A stretch of 62,165 bases of DNA, counting the filler, from Anaerolineae bacterium (GTDB lineage: Bacteria > Chloroflexota > Anaerolineae > Epilineales > Epilineaceae), in assembly GCA_029262755.1 (NCBI GenBank). It is 5 parts of 5 records of this genome, joined end to end, with 100 filler letters (N's around TTAATTAATTAA, not from the genome) between each part and the next. Parts side by side here need not be neighbours in the genome. Positions count along the whole stretch, not along the records: positions 48,086 to 54,647 come from JAJCYU010000271.1; positions 54,748 to 62,165 come from JAJCYU010000272.1; 3 more parts are not named here. The stretch is one strand, 5' to 3'. The number at the start of each line of letters is the position of its first letter. Within the stretch, counting starts at the first letter, position 1. Below, piece by piece: positions 50,601 to 60,820 of this stretch. The position numbers were made by a program, and so were the translations under genes. The notes under the pieces are model-generated. The model did not search any database. It saw nothing but the letters and a program-made list of their open reading frames with translations, and was not told the DNA's origin.

Positions 50601-52625
50601 GTGAACGTTTCGTGGACACGCATCGTGCTGTGTTTGGCGCTACTCGCCGGCACGGTGGGCCTCACGGCCTGTCGCAGCCAACAACCGGCGGCCGATCAGC
50701 CCGTCGGAGACGCCGCCGGCGGTGAGAACGACGACGAGCCGGAGGCACCACCCGAGGAGCCGGAAGCGCCTCCAGAGGCCATGGTCGATACGGAGACGCT
50801 CGTCGCCGCGAATATCGGCGAGCCTGAGACCTTGGATCCGGCTTGGACCTACGAGACGACGGGCTCGGGCCTCCAGCAGAACATGTACGATCCGATGATC
50901 TATTTCGATCGCGAGAATCCGGACGCGTTCGTTCCACAGCTGGCCACGGAGTGGAGCCTTTCGGACGACGGCACGACCCACACGTTCCAGATTCGCGACG
51001 GCGTGACCTTCCATGCGGGCGGCACGCTGGAGCCGCACGACATCGCGTACTCCATTCAGCGGGGCCTCCTGCAGGACCGCGTTGACGGCCCGCAGTGGCT
51101 GCTGCTCGAGCCGATTCTCGGCGCGAGCTCCGTGGAAAGCTTTGCCTTCGAGGAGGCCGGCGTCAACACGGACGTAGGCGAGGACGAAGCCTCGCCCACG
51201 TTGGCCGACGTTTCCAATGATGTCCTCGTTGCCGTTTGCGACGAGATTCAAGTGGCGGTAACGGCCGACGACGAAGCCGGCACCGTGACGATCGAGACGT
51301 TGCAGCCGACGCCATGGCTGCTCCAGTTGCTTGCGCAGACCTGGGGCTCGGCCTTGGATATGGAGTGGATGGTCGAGCAGGGTGATTGGGACGGCGCCTG
51401 CGCCGACGCAGACGGCACCGCGACGTGGATGGAATGGCATGCTCCGGAAGCGCAGGAGACGGTGTTGTTCGATCAGGCCAACGGTACCGGTCCGTACCGT
51501 CTGGAGTCGTGGAAGAAGGGCGAGTCGGTGACCATGGTCGCGAACGACGACTACTGGCGCACCGAGCCGGTGTGGGACGGCGGCCCATCGGGTCCGCCGG
51601 CGATCAAGCGCATCGTCACGCAGAAGGTAGATGAGTGGGGGAATCGCCTCGCGAAGCTGCAAGCGGGCGAGGCCGACATCGTCGACGTGCCCCGTGGGCA
51701 GATCGATCAGGTCGAGGGCATGATCCACACTCAATTCGAGGGCGGGGATGAAAGCGCGCCATCGACCGAGATGAACCCGGATGGTTCCCTGAAGTTGTTC
51801 ATCGGCTACCCCTTGGTGTCGATGACCGCCGCCATGTTCAACTTCGACGTCAATGTCGATAGCGAGTTTATTGGTACGGGTGAGCTCGGCGAGGGCATCC
51901 CGCCTGACTTCTTCAGCGATCTCGACGTCCGGAAGGCCTTCAACTACTGCTTCGACTGGGACACCTTCATCACGGATGCATTGAAGGGCGAGGGTGTGCA
52001 GCCGCGCGGGCCGATCATTGCCGGTTTGCAGGGATACGATGCGGATTCTCCCATCTACACCTACGACCTCGAGCTCTGCGGCCAGTTCCTTGATTCGGCG
52101 TGGGGCGGCGCCGTCGCTGAGCAGGGCTTCGCGATGACCTTGGCCTACAACGAGGGCAACGAGACCCGCCAGACGGCGGCCGAAATCCTCGCAGACAACC
52201 TCGCGACGGTGGATGCGCGCTATCGAATTCAGGTTCAGGAGCTGGAGTGGCCGACCTTCCTCGAAGCGCGAAGGGCTCAGACGCTCCCGATTTCGGTCAG
52301 CGGTTGGCTCGAGGACTACCACGATGCCAGCAACTGGGTCCATCCCTTCATGCATAGCGCGGGCGCATATGCTCGTGCACAGAGCTTCCCTTCGGACACG
52401 CAGACACAGATCGACGAATTGATCGATCAGGCGGTCCTGGAAACCGACGAGGCCATTCGCAGCGATCTCTATGCGCAGCTCCAGCAGCTTGCCTACGACG
52501 AGGCGCTCGACATCTTCCTTGTGCAGGCAACCGGCCGCTTCTATTCCAACAAGTCGGTCAACGGCTGGTTCTTCAACCCGCTGCGCTCCGGCACCTGGTA
52601 CTACGCGCTCAACAAGGACGGCTAG
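50601..52625 (+). CDS. Peptide/nickel ABC transporter substrate-binding lipoprotein (family 5)
   Basis: Lipobox LTAC, PETLDPA, PQLATEW, F.IRDGVTFH, NGTGPY, GW..DY.D. Confidence 0.95.
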   Translation: MNVSWTRIVLCLALLAGTVGLTACRSQQPAADQPVGDAAGGENDDEPEAPPEEPEAPPEAMVDTETLVAANIGEPETLDPAWTYETTGSGLQQNMYDPMIYFDRENPDAFVPQLATEWSLSDDGTTHTFQIRDGVTFHAGGTLEPHDIAYSIQRGLLQDRVDGPQWLLLEPILGASSVESFAFEEAGVNTDVGEDEASPTLADVSNDVLVAVCDEIQVAVTADDEAGTVTIETLQPTPWLLQLLAQTWGSALDMEWMVEQGDWDGACADADGTATWMEWHAPEAQETVLFDQANGTGPYRLESWKKGESVTMVANDDYWRTEPVWDGGPSGPPAIKRIVTQKVDEWGNRLAKLQAGEADIVDVPRGQIDQVEGMIHTQFEGGDESAPSTEMNPDGSLKLFIGYPLVSMTAAMFNFDVNVDSEFIGTGELGEGIPPDFFSDLDVRKAFNYCFDWDTFITDALKGEGVQPRGPIIAGLQGYDADSPIYTYDLELCGQFLDSAWGGAVAEQGFAMTLAYNEGNETRQTAAEILADNLATVDARYRIQVQELEWPTFLEARRAQTLPISVSGWLEDYHDASNWVHPFMHSAGAYARAQSFPSDTQTQIDELIDQAVLETDEAIRSDLYAQLQQLAYDEALDIFLVQATGRFYSNKSVNGWFFNPLRSGTWYYALNKDG

Positions 52626-52647
52626 CGCCGCCGTGTTAGGCCGCGTC

Positions 52648-52814
52648 CAAGCAGTGCAACCAGCTTGAAGATGCGGGTAGTGAGGGAGCCAATTCGCCGC
52701 GCCGGTGGTTCGCAGAGACGAGGGAGTAGCAGCGCTATTGCCGACGAGCGGCGGGCCGCCGGCGCGGCTGCAGTGGCACCCGATCCCGTAGATTCAGGCA
52801 GGTTGGACTACTAG
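52648..52814 (+). repeat. Structured 167-nt intergenic repeat, copy 4
   Basis: Same length and core as 7713-7879. Terminal pairing CAAGCAGTGCAACC / GGTTGGACTACTAG. Confidence 0.85.
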
Positions 52815-52849
52815 TCCATGTGTTGGACTAGGGAAACCGCATAAGGCGC

Positions 52850-52882
52850 GAACGGCGCCGCCGCGGCACGGCGGCGCCGTTC
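52850..52882 (+). terminator. Perfect 14-bp GC hairpin between the SBP and permease genes (attenuator or mRNA stabiliser)
   Basis: GAACGGCGCCGCCG-CGGCA-CGGCGGCGCCGTTC. Confidence 0.6.
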
Positions 52883-53018
52883 CGTTACTTGGGGATCGAC
52901 CCTGCAACGATTGAGGGGCTGAGCAAGGCCCTCTCGGCGCGCAATCGTTCCGTGACTGCACCGGCACCGACGGCCTGTTGCCGAGGCCTTACTTCCTACC
53001 CTTCGGGGGAGTGTGATC

Positions 53019-54053
53019 ATGACCGCATATATCGTGCGCCGGCTGCTGATCATGCCGTTTATTCTCTTCGGCGTGACGTTGCTGATCTTCGGCATGCTCA
53101 CCCAACTCTCCGCAACACAGCGAGCCGCCCTATACGTGGCGGACGTACCAAAGAAGGGCGCGGACATGCAGCGGGTCATCGACCAATACGGTCTGGACGA
53201 CCCGATCCCGCAGCAGTACGTTCGCTGGATACGCAACGTGGCGCGCGGAGATCTGGGCTTTTCGAAGACAGGCAAGGAGCCTGTAGCGACGCTGATTTGG
53301 CGATTGCTGCCTGCGTCGTTGGAACTCGCGATCTGGAGCGCGCTGCCGATTCTGCTGATCGGCATCCGCCTCGGAATATTGAGCGCCCGGCAACACAACC
53401 GCTTGCCCGATCACGTGATGCGCGTGTTCTCGATCATCGGCACGAGCACACCCAGCTTCGTTGCCGGCCTCCTGCTGTTGATGGTCTTCTCCGCACGTCT
53501 GGGTATCTTGCCCACCGGCGAACGGCTCGTGCCCAACAACCAAGGAATTGTCGACGACGCATCGCAGTGGATCTCCGTGACCCGCATGTACACCTTTGAC
53601 GCGCTGATCAACGGACGGCTGGACATCTTTTGGGACGCGCTCAAACACTTGATATTGCCCATCATTACACTGAGTTATGTCAATTGGGCGATTCTTCTGC
53701 GCGTCATGCGCTCGAGCATGCTCGAGACGATGAACCAGGACTATGTGCGTACCGCTCGCGCGAAGGGCCTCGACTTCAACACCGTCGTCCAGAAGCACGC
53801 GCGCCCCAACGCGCTGCTACCGATCATCACCCTCGGTGGTGGGCTGATGATCGGACTCATGAACGGTGTGGCGATCACGGAAACCGTTTTCAACTACCCC
53901 GGGCTGGGCAAGCGCTTCGTTTCCGCTGCAAGCAATTTGGACATCGTGACGGTCCTTGGCTTCACGCTCTTCAACGGCGTGGTGCTGATCATCGGCAACC
54001 TGATCATCGATATGTTGTACGCGACGGTTGACCCGCGCGTGAGGTTGAATTGA
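53019..54053 (+). CDS. Peptide ABC transporter permease (OppB/DppB-like)
   Basis: YIVRRLL, GLDDP...QY, GDLG.S, DYVRTARAKGL, ETVFNYPGLG, DPRVR. Confidence 0.95.
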   Translation: MTAYIVRRLLIMPFILFGVTLLIFGMLTQLSATQRAALYVADVPKKGADMQRVIDQYGLDDPIPQQYVRWIRNVARGDLGFSKTGKEPVATLIWRLLPASLELAIWSALPILLIGIRLGILSARQHNRLPDHVMRVFSIIGTSTPSFVAGLLLLMVFSARLGILPTGERLVPNNQGIVDDASQWISVTRMYTFDALINGRLDIFWDALKHLILPIITLSYVNWAILLRVMRSSMLETMNQDYVRTARAKGLDFNTVVQKHARPNALLPIITLGGGLMIGLMNGVAITETVFNYPGLGKRFVSAASNLDIVTVLGFTLFNGVVLIIGNLIIDMLYATVDPRVRLN

Positions 54054-54111
54054 TGCTCAGCCAAACGCCCTGCGCTCCTGCACATTCCCGATTGCGCTCC
54101 GGAGAGTCCCG

Positions 54112-54647
54112 ATGAACGAAGTTGATGGCGATCAAACTCTCGGAAGGCACGAGACGCCGGGCTCTGAAGACGGTCCCGCGATACATCCGTCCTTTGTGAT
54201 CGAAGCGGAGCCGTTGGTCGAGGGCATCGATCGACGCAGCATCGGCTACGTATTGAAGCGCTTGATGTCCAACACGTCGTCGGTCATCGGCACCGTCCTG
54301 TTGGTCTTTTTCGCGGTCGTTGCGTTTGCCGCACCACTGCTTGCGCCGTGCCCTGAGGACTCGCGCGATGGTCGACGTTGTCGAGAGAACGTGTACCAGG
54401 TGCCGCGCTTCGGATACACCTCAGAGCCCCAACCACCCAGCGCAGAGCACCGCTTCGGCACGACCACGGACCAATATGACATCTACTACGGTGTGATCTG
54501 GGGCACCCGGACAGCGTTCAAAGTGGGCATTATCATCGTCTCCATCGCGCTGCTGATCGGACTGACGATCGGTTCGATCTCCGCCTACTATGGTGGATGG
54601 GTCGATGAGATACTCATGCGGTTCGTCGAGGTGTTTCAGGCCTTCCC
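54112..54647 (+). CDS. Peptide ABC transporter permease (OppC/DppC-like), cut by gap
   Basis: PPSAEHRFGT, IWGTRT, YYGGWVDEILMR. Confidence 0.92.
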
Positions 54648-54747
54648 NNNNNNNNNNNNNNNNNNNNNNNNNNNNNNNNNNNNNNNNNNNNTTAATTAAT
54701 TAANNNNNNNNNNNNNNNNNNNNNNNNNNNNNNNNNNNNNNNNNNNN
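54648..54747. other. Artificial contig-joining spacer
   Basis: N run containing TTAATTAATTAA. Confidence 0.98.
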
Positions 54748-54921
54748 CGGCGGGCGGGGGGGGGGGCGCGGCGGGTTGAGAAGCTTGCCATCCTGATTGT
54801 CGCCGCTCGTGCTGCGTGGCTGGTAGCGTCCCTACTTCAAGCTTCGTCATGAATTGGGCATCGCTTGGGCCGGTGGTAGCAGGCGTGATCGGCCGACCGA
54901 AGTTCATCTACGAACTCTGCC

Positions 54922-55602
54922 TCATCCCCGCACCCGCCACGCCACGATCCCCAACCCGGCCACCAACCCCAGCGCCGTGCCCAAAATCTCCTGTCCTGCG
55001 AAGAAGCCTGCGCTGAAGCCCGTTGCGATCGTCGAGCCGAACCACCAGGCGACGCCAATGCGCGGGCCGCGCCAGCGATCGAGGGTGGTCGCGTCCTCCG
55101 CACTCGTCGCCCGGCGCTCGGCACGACGCAGGGCGGTCAGAAATCCGATCAGCAGCGCCGGCTTGAGCAGGTTGGCAAAGTTCTGGATCGTGTTGCCGGG
55201 AGCCAGGTTGCCGGACGCGATGATGTCGAACAGGTGCACGAGCGTCGCGCCGAGGCTAACGACGGTCACGGCGGCGACGGTCGCCTCACGGAACCCGTCA
55301 CGGCGCACCACGGCGCCGATGCCGAGCACGCCCAGCGCCAGGTTGGCGAAGCCCATCTCGAGCTGGAAGGGACTTCCCGTCGGCCAACCGATCGCCTCCG
55401 CAACCAAGTCGGACATGAAGACGTGCCCGATCCAATTTGACACGCCGGAGATACCGACGCCGAGGCTGAAGAGGTAGAGCAACATGATCTCCCAGCGGCG
55501 CACGGCCGAGTCGACGCTCTTGTCGAGCCGGACATGGAGCGCGCCGGCGAGCAGCGGCGCGATCAGGTACGTGACGATGCGCAAGACGTAGGTGACGGAC
55601 AC
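54922..55602 (-). CDS. Membrane protein (DUF6790-like)
   Basis: GH.F....A.AIGW..GSPFQ.E.GFANL, H...GN.APGN. GTG start with GAGGAGG SD. Confidence 0.75.
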   Translation of the reverse strand: MSVTYVLRIVTYLIAPLLAGALHVRLDKSVDSAVRRWEIMLLYLFSLGVGISGVSNWIGHVFMSDLVAEAIGWPTGSPFQLEMGFANLALGVLGIGAVVRRDGFREATVAAVTVVSLGATLVHLFDIIASGNLAPGNTIQNFANLLKPALLIGFLTALRRAERRATSAEDATTLDRWRGPRIGVAWWFGSTIATGFSAGFFAGQEILGTALGLVAGLGIVAWRVRG

Positions 55603-55910
55603 GACGGGCCTCCTCGGGGCGGCGGTTGTCGATGGCTTCGGCCGGGGGCGACGATATCGCTCAGCCCTTGTCTTGCGACTCCGGCCGGTCTCCAGATCGT
55701 CGCGCAGCGAAACCATCGCGCAGCGCTTCCAGCGCCACGCGCCACGCACCGCGCATCTTGCCGCGCGCGGCGGCGCCCGGCAACGGCTGTGCGTGAGCCG
55801 TCCGATCACGCGATCGGCCCCGCGCTACGACCCTCCTCCCCCCTGGACGATATCCGAATCCCGGCTACGCTTGCGGTACCCGCCACGCGCCTCCCACCAG
55901 GATGCTCGCC

Positions 55911-57365
55911 ATGTCCTCGACCCCCACCTCCAACACTCCGCGCTCAGGACCCCAACCGGCCCGCAATGCGCCCTGTCCGTGTGGCAGCGGGCGCAAGTAC
56001 AAGCAGTGCTGCGGGCGGAACGGTGGGCTCTCCGACGAGGAGGCGCTCGCCGAGCGCCGCGGCAGACAGCTGTTGCAAACGTGCAGGGAGGCGCAGCAAG
56101 CAGTCTTTCGGGAGACGAAGAAGATTGTGGATCGCGATACCTTTATCGCGGCGAACGAAGCCTGGTTCGGTGCGGCGGGTATCGAGTACACCGACCCCGT
56201 CAGCGTGCCGATCCAGGAGCTCTTCCTGGAGTGGCTCGTGCACCAATACGAGCTAGACGGGCCGGCGGACGGGGACGGGCCGCGAACGGTTGTCGCCCAC
56301 TACCTCGCGCGACGGCGGCCCGTGCCCGCGCGGCGACGCTACCTCGAGGCCTCATTGCGCGAGCCCTTGAGCTACTGGGAGGTGGAGGAGGTTGGGCCCG
56401 GGCCGTGGGTGCGATTGTCCGACCGGTTCTTGCCGCGCAGCGTGAGGGTGTACGACCGTTCGATCAGCCAGAGCGTGCACGAGGGCGCCGTGCTCTTCGG
56501 GTACTTCGTCGAGGACGGCGACATCGCTGTGATCGCCGTGGTGGCGGAGATGCCGATTGTTGGAAGGCACCTGGCGTTGGTCGACGAGCTTGCCGAGCGT
56601 ATCGAAGGCCAGGTCGAGACGCCCGAGGACCTGTTCCGTTTGTGGCCTGATCTCCTGGCCACGTACGGACAATATCTGCAGGCGATGGAGGCGCCCGCCA
56701 TGCCGCGAATCTACACCCCGGACGGCGATCCATTGGAGATTACGACGCTCCGCTACACGGTGGTGGGCGGAGACGGCGGCGTCCTCGCCGAGACGCTTCG
56801 AGATGCTGCGGACTTCGCGGTGGATGACCAGCGCGCAGCAGAGAGTGACGCGGACGAGGAGGTGCACGCCGTGTGGTTCGGCGTGGGCGGTCGTGAGGAG
56901 TCCGGCACCTCGCTACATGGATCCCTGCACTTCGACGACGAGCATCTCGTCGCGGAGCTCATGAGCGCCAAGCGAGCCGTGGCGCTGCGTGAGCGGCTGA
57001 TGGAGCTGTTTGGCGAGCGGCTGCGCTTCGTATCCTCGCAGTCGAAGGGCATCGAAGAAGCCCTGTTCGATGACGCGTCTCGTCAACCGAAGCCGCCACC
57101 CGCCGCGGGCCTGGAGTTAGACCCCGACAACCTGCCCGCCGAGATCCTTGATGTCATGCGCCAGCGCTTCCTAGCGTGGGCGGACGAGAACGTCCCTGCG
57201 CTCGGCGGCCTCACCCCGCGCGAGGCCATGGAGTCGGAGGTTGGCCGGGTGCGGGTGGCGGAGCTGGTGGACGATTGGGAGCGCATGGGCCGCGGCCAAG
57301 CCCCGATGCCCGGAGCGGATTTCGCTGCGCTGCGCGCGGAGCTGGGGTTGGACGAGGAAGGCTGA
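55911..57365 (+). CDS. SEC-C motif protein with C-terminal MbcA/ParS-like segment
   Basis: RNAPCPCGSGRKYKQCC and WADENVPALGGLTPRE. Confidence 0.85.
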   Translation: MSSTPTSNTPRSGPQPARNAPCPCGSGRKYKQCCGRNGGLSDEEALAERRGRQLLQTCREAQQAVFRETKKIVDRDTFIAANEAWFGAAGIEYTDPVSVPIQELFLEWLVHQYELDGPADGDGPRTVVAHYLARRRPVPARRRYLEASLREPLSYWEVEEVGPGPWVRLSDRFLPRSVRVYDRSISQSVHEGAVLFGYFVEDGDIAVIAVVAEMPIVGRHLALVDELAERIEGQVETPEDLFRLWPDLLATYGQYLQAMEAPAMPRIYTPDGDPLEITTLRYTVVGGDGGVLAETLRDAADFAVDDQRAAESDADEEVHAVWFGVGGREESGTSLHGSLHFDDEHLVAELMSAKRAVALRERLMELFGERLRFVSSQSKGIEEALFDDASRQPKPPPAAGLELDPDNLPAEILDVMRQRFLAWADENVPALGGLTPREAMESEVGRVRVAELVDDWERMGRGQAPMPGADFAALRAELGLDEEG

Positions 57366-57559
57366 GCGGTGGCTGGAAAGGCGCCGCGACGCAAGGCGCG
57401 CAAGGCGGCGTCGCCGCCGCTGGTCCCGCGTCCGGACTGCCGGTGTGCTCGGCGAGCGCTATCGGTCGAGAGTCGCGGAAGGAGGTTGTAGCAGCGAGGC
57501 CGCGCCGGCACCTCCGTCAATCTGGTCGACAAGAGCCGAACGACCGTGCCATGCGACGC

Positions 57560-59710
57560 CTATCGTGCGCGCTTCGCCCTTCCGGCTCGCAGGTCGCCCG
57601 CGAACCACACCCCCACCACGCCCCATCCCGCCACCGCCAGCGCCACGCCCAACCACGGCGTCCACGGCCGGTAGCGCAGCGTGATGGACTGCGGCGCTTG
57701 CCCGGGCGCGACGTCGACGCGGATCCACGAGCCCTCGTCGGCGCGCACGGTGGTCGGGGTGCCGTCGACGGTGGCGCGCCAGCCAGGGGCGTAGTGCTCG
57801 CGCACGACCACGTGGCCGCCGGCCGTACTGCCGGCGGGGCAGGCGATGTCCACGTTGCCGCCGACGCCCGTGCCCGCGCACGGGGACAGCGAATCGCCCG
57901 CGACCAGGTTGGCGTAGCGCAGGCGATCGGGGCCGCGGAAGAGGCGCATATTGCCCACCGTGCCGACGAGCTCGTTCACGCCGTCGTAGGGCGGGTCGTC
58001 CGTGCGGGATAGGGCGAGATAGGGCGTGGGGTCGGGGTGGTCGCGCCAGTACCAGGGCTTGAGGTCGGAAACGAGCTTGTAGCCGCGCTCCATGGCCGGT
58101 TCGATGTAGACGTGCTCGCCGAAGGGCGGCATCACCCACGTGTGGTCCGGCGTTTCGAGGACGGCAAGCTCGGCGCCCACCTGCGGCGGCAGCGTGTCGA
58201 CGGCGAGCCAGCCACCGGTTGTGCGGGCAACGCCGAAGAGCGACCATGCGAGCACGGGCGCCAGGAGCCAGCGCGCGTCGAGCCGGAAGCGCAGCACGTC
58301 GCCCTCGTCGCGGCGGAGGGAATAGGTGGCCACGTGCGTGAGGCGGTGCAACACGCCGTCCACCCCGATCGCAGCCAGGCCGAGCAGGGGTGCCACGGAC
58401 AAGCCCGCGATCAAGGCCGGGTTGCGGACCGACGCGAACGCGCGGTCCAGGCCGGCCAACGGCGAGAGCGCGATGCCCCAGCGCAGCGGCGCGGCGCTCG
58501 CGATCCACAATGCGCCAACAGCGAGCGCGGCCAAGAGCCAGGCGGCGCGACGTCGGTCCGAGGCCGCCGGTGACGCGCCGTTGCGTAGTGCGTCGTCACC
58601 TGGCGCGTCGTCACCTGGCGCGTCGTCACCTGACGCGCCGTCACGTAGCGCGTCGTCACGTAGCGGCGCATCGCGCACTCGGTCTTCCTGCTCGCTGTCC
58701 CCCATTGCCGCATCGTCACGCGCTGCTTCGGCCCTCGCCAGACCTACGCCAGCCAAGAGCACCGCGATCCAGCCGACGTAGTTGTTGTACAAGGCCATGA
58801 TGGCGGCGCCGCCGAGCGTCTTGGCGTCGTAGAACGCGGGGTCGTCGATGAGCCAGTGGAAGGGCAGATAGCGCAGCGCTTGGCTCGTGCTGAAGACGAG
58901 GTCTTCCTCCTTGCCGAAGGCGCCGAGGAAGGGCAGCAGCGGAACCCATAAGGGCGCGGCGAGCAGGGCTGCCAGACCGGCGGCGAGCCCGAGCTCGCGC
59001 GCTGCCCGCAGCCGCCGGCCGCGCGCCGCGAAGAGCGGTGCCAGCGGCAGCAATGCGAGCAGGCCGATCTGCAGGTAGCCCTGCCCGGCAACGGCCGCCA
59101 GACCGATGGTCACGCCGAGGGCCACGATCCAACGGCGCCCGCCCCGTGCCACGAGCCCGACCAGCGGCGCCACGACAAGCGCGCAGGCCGCACCGGAGAG
59201 CACCAGGTTGACCCAGCCGGCCTCCATGCGCGTGGCCAGGTTGCCGGCCACGATCGCCATCGCGCCGGACCACAGCCGCGCGGTCCGGCCGGCGCCCAGC
59301 ACGCGTGCCAGCCACCACTGCGCCACCCCCGCCATGGCCAGCGCCCCGACGAGCGTGAGCTTGAGCCCGGCCTGCACGCCGAACAGCAGGCTGGCGATGG
59401 CCGGCATCGGATGCAGCACGCCGGCGTGTAGTTCCAGCAGCGCCGGCAAGCCGCCGCGCACGTTGCCGTTCCACAACGCGCACACACCGCATTCGAGAGC
59501 GCGCCGCCACAGGTGATAGGGCTGAATGGCCGACGGGTACTCAAGACCACGCGGCTGGACGCTCGGATCTAGGGTCAGGTATGCGCGGCCGAAGACGAGC
59601 GCGACGACGAACAAGGCGAGCACTTCGGCCAGCGGTAGCGCCCACGCAGGCGCGGACGACCACACTCGCGGTCCACGCCGGCGGCGGGCTCGTTCGGTGT
59701 CGGACGGCAT
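57560..59710 (-). CDS. YfhO-like multi-pass membrane protein (GT-C-like)
   Basis: LWN....GG.P, many TM helices, YVG, and C-terminal E.YAPGWRATVDG...L.Y.P plus TM. Confidence 0.75.
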   Translation of the reverse strand: MPSDTERARRRRGPRVWSSAPAWALPLAEVLALFVVALVFGRAYLTLDPSVQPRGLEYPSAIQPYHLWRRALECGVCALWNGNVRGGLPALLELHAGVLHPMPAIASLLFGVQAGLKLTLVGALAMAGVAQWWLARVLGAGRTARLWSGAMAIVAGNLATRMEAGWVNLVLSGAACALVVAPLVGLVARGGRRWIVALGVTIGLAAVAGQGYLQIGLLALLPLAPLFAARGRRLRAARELGLAAGLAALLAAPLWVPLLPFLGAFGKEEDLVFSTSQALRYLPFHWLIDDPAFYDAKTLGGAAIMALYNNYVGWIAVLLAGVGLARAEAARDDAAMGDSEQEDRVRDAPLRDDALRDGASGDDAPGDDAPGDDALRNGASPAASDRRRAAWLLAALAVGALWIASAAPLRWGIALSPLAGLDRAFASVRNPALIAGLSVAPLLGLAAIGVDGVLHRLTHVATYSLRRDEGDVLRFRLDARWLLAPVLAWSLFGVARTTGGWLAVDTLPPQVGAELAVLETPDHTWVMPPFGEHVYIEPAMERGYKLVSDLKPWYWRDHPDPTPYLALSRTDDPPYDGVNELVGTVGNMRLFRGPDRLRYANLVAGDSLSPCAGTGVGGNVDIACPAGSTAGGHVVVREHYAPGWRATVDGTPTTVRADEGSWIRVDVAPGQAPQSITLRYRPWTPWLGVALAVAGWGVVGVWFAGDLRAGRAKRAR
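58571..58666 (-). repeat. 15-bp tandem repeat (about 6 degenerate copies) encoding DDAPG/DDALR
   Basis: GCGTCGTCACCTGGC-type units in tandem. Confidence 0.8.
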
Positions 59711-59962
59711 GGCGAAGGTCACCTCGATGCAAGGATGGTGGTCGGCCGAGCGCCTAGCGCCCGGGCCCGAACAAGCAGGGGCCAACCCGCGGGCGGAACA
59801 GGTTAACTCAGCCTCGGCCTATCGTCATATGCATCGCGGTCGTGCACCGAGTCGCGCGGCGGGCAGTGCTCCCCGTGAAGAGGAGGTCGCGTACGTTTCG
59901 ACGCGATCAACCGGTGGATTCGACGTAGGGGTACCGGCCCCAATGAATCGTTACCGTCGGCC

Positions 59963-60820
59963 CTACCGGGACCGGCGCAGCAAGCCTCGCTCGATCATCA
60001 GCGCCGTCGGCCCCACCAGGAAGAGCGCGTAATAGGGCGCGTGAACCTGGCCGCCCAGGCGCAGGAAGTGCTCGACGAGCGCCACCAGCACGACCACGAG
60101 CATCCGGCCGTTGCGGCTGCGCACCGTCGTGACCGGATCGGTGATCATGAAGAGGACGAAGAGTTGGTACATCGGCCCGGTCAACGGCGAGAGCTCGGCG
60201 ACGAAGGCGTGTCCGGTCATCATGCTGCGCACGCCGGCGAGCACCACGAAAGAGACGACGTAGGTCAGCGAGACGTGCAGGCGCTTGAGCCGACCGATCA
60301 CGAAGAAGCCGATGGCCCAGATGGGGATCATCGCCCACAGAGCGTTGCCCCACTGTACGCCGAGGCTGGCGGCGGATTGCGGTGCCAGGAAGAGCGTGGT
60401 GGCCACGCCGAAGTTCGAGGGGTTGAAGAGGTGGCGGCCGCGGAAACGAATTGCGTACTTGGAAGTGATCGAGCTGAGGCTGGTCAGGGCGTAAGGCCAG
60501 AAGAAGGGCGAGCGGATGAGGATGCCCACGCTGATGCCGGTGATGTAGGAGCTCACAGCGTTCGGCCAGCGGCCAAGAAGCACGCGCGAGAGGATCAGCT
60601 CGGCCGCAACGGCGCAGCCGATGGCCAAGCCGGTTTGCCACGGGCTCTCGAGGATGCCCATCGTGGCGTGGCCGCCCAGCAGGATGAGCGTAACCAGGGC
60701 GGGGACCAAGGCGCGCGCGTCGAGGCGGGGCCGACGGGTCACTGTAGCGGTGGGCGCTGCGGTGGCGGACGATGTGGAGGCGGACGATGTGGAGGCGACC
60801 GGGACGGTGGCTTCGCTCAC
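59963..60820 (-). CDS. RnfD/NqrB-like (UnbU-like) membrane protein
   Basis: SKY......HLFNPSNFG and LF..FMITDP.T. GTGA overlap with the upstream gene. Confidence 0.82.
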   Translation of the reverse strand: MSEATVPVASTSSASTSSATAAPTATVTRRPRLDARALVPALVTLILLGGHATMGILESPWQTGLAIGCAVAAELILSRVLLGRWPNAVSSYITGISVGILIRSPFFWPYALTSLSSITSKYAIRFRGRHLFNPSNFGVATTLFLAPQSAASLGVQWGNALWAMIPIWAIGFFVIGRLKRLHVSLTYVVSFVVLAGVRSMMTGHAFVAELSPLTGPMYQLFVLFMITDPVTTVRSRNGRMLVVVLVALVEHFLRLGGQVHAPYYALFLVGPTALMIERGLLRRSR

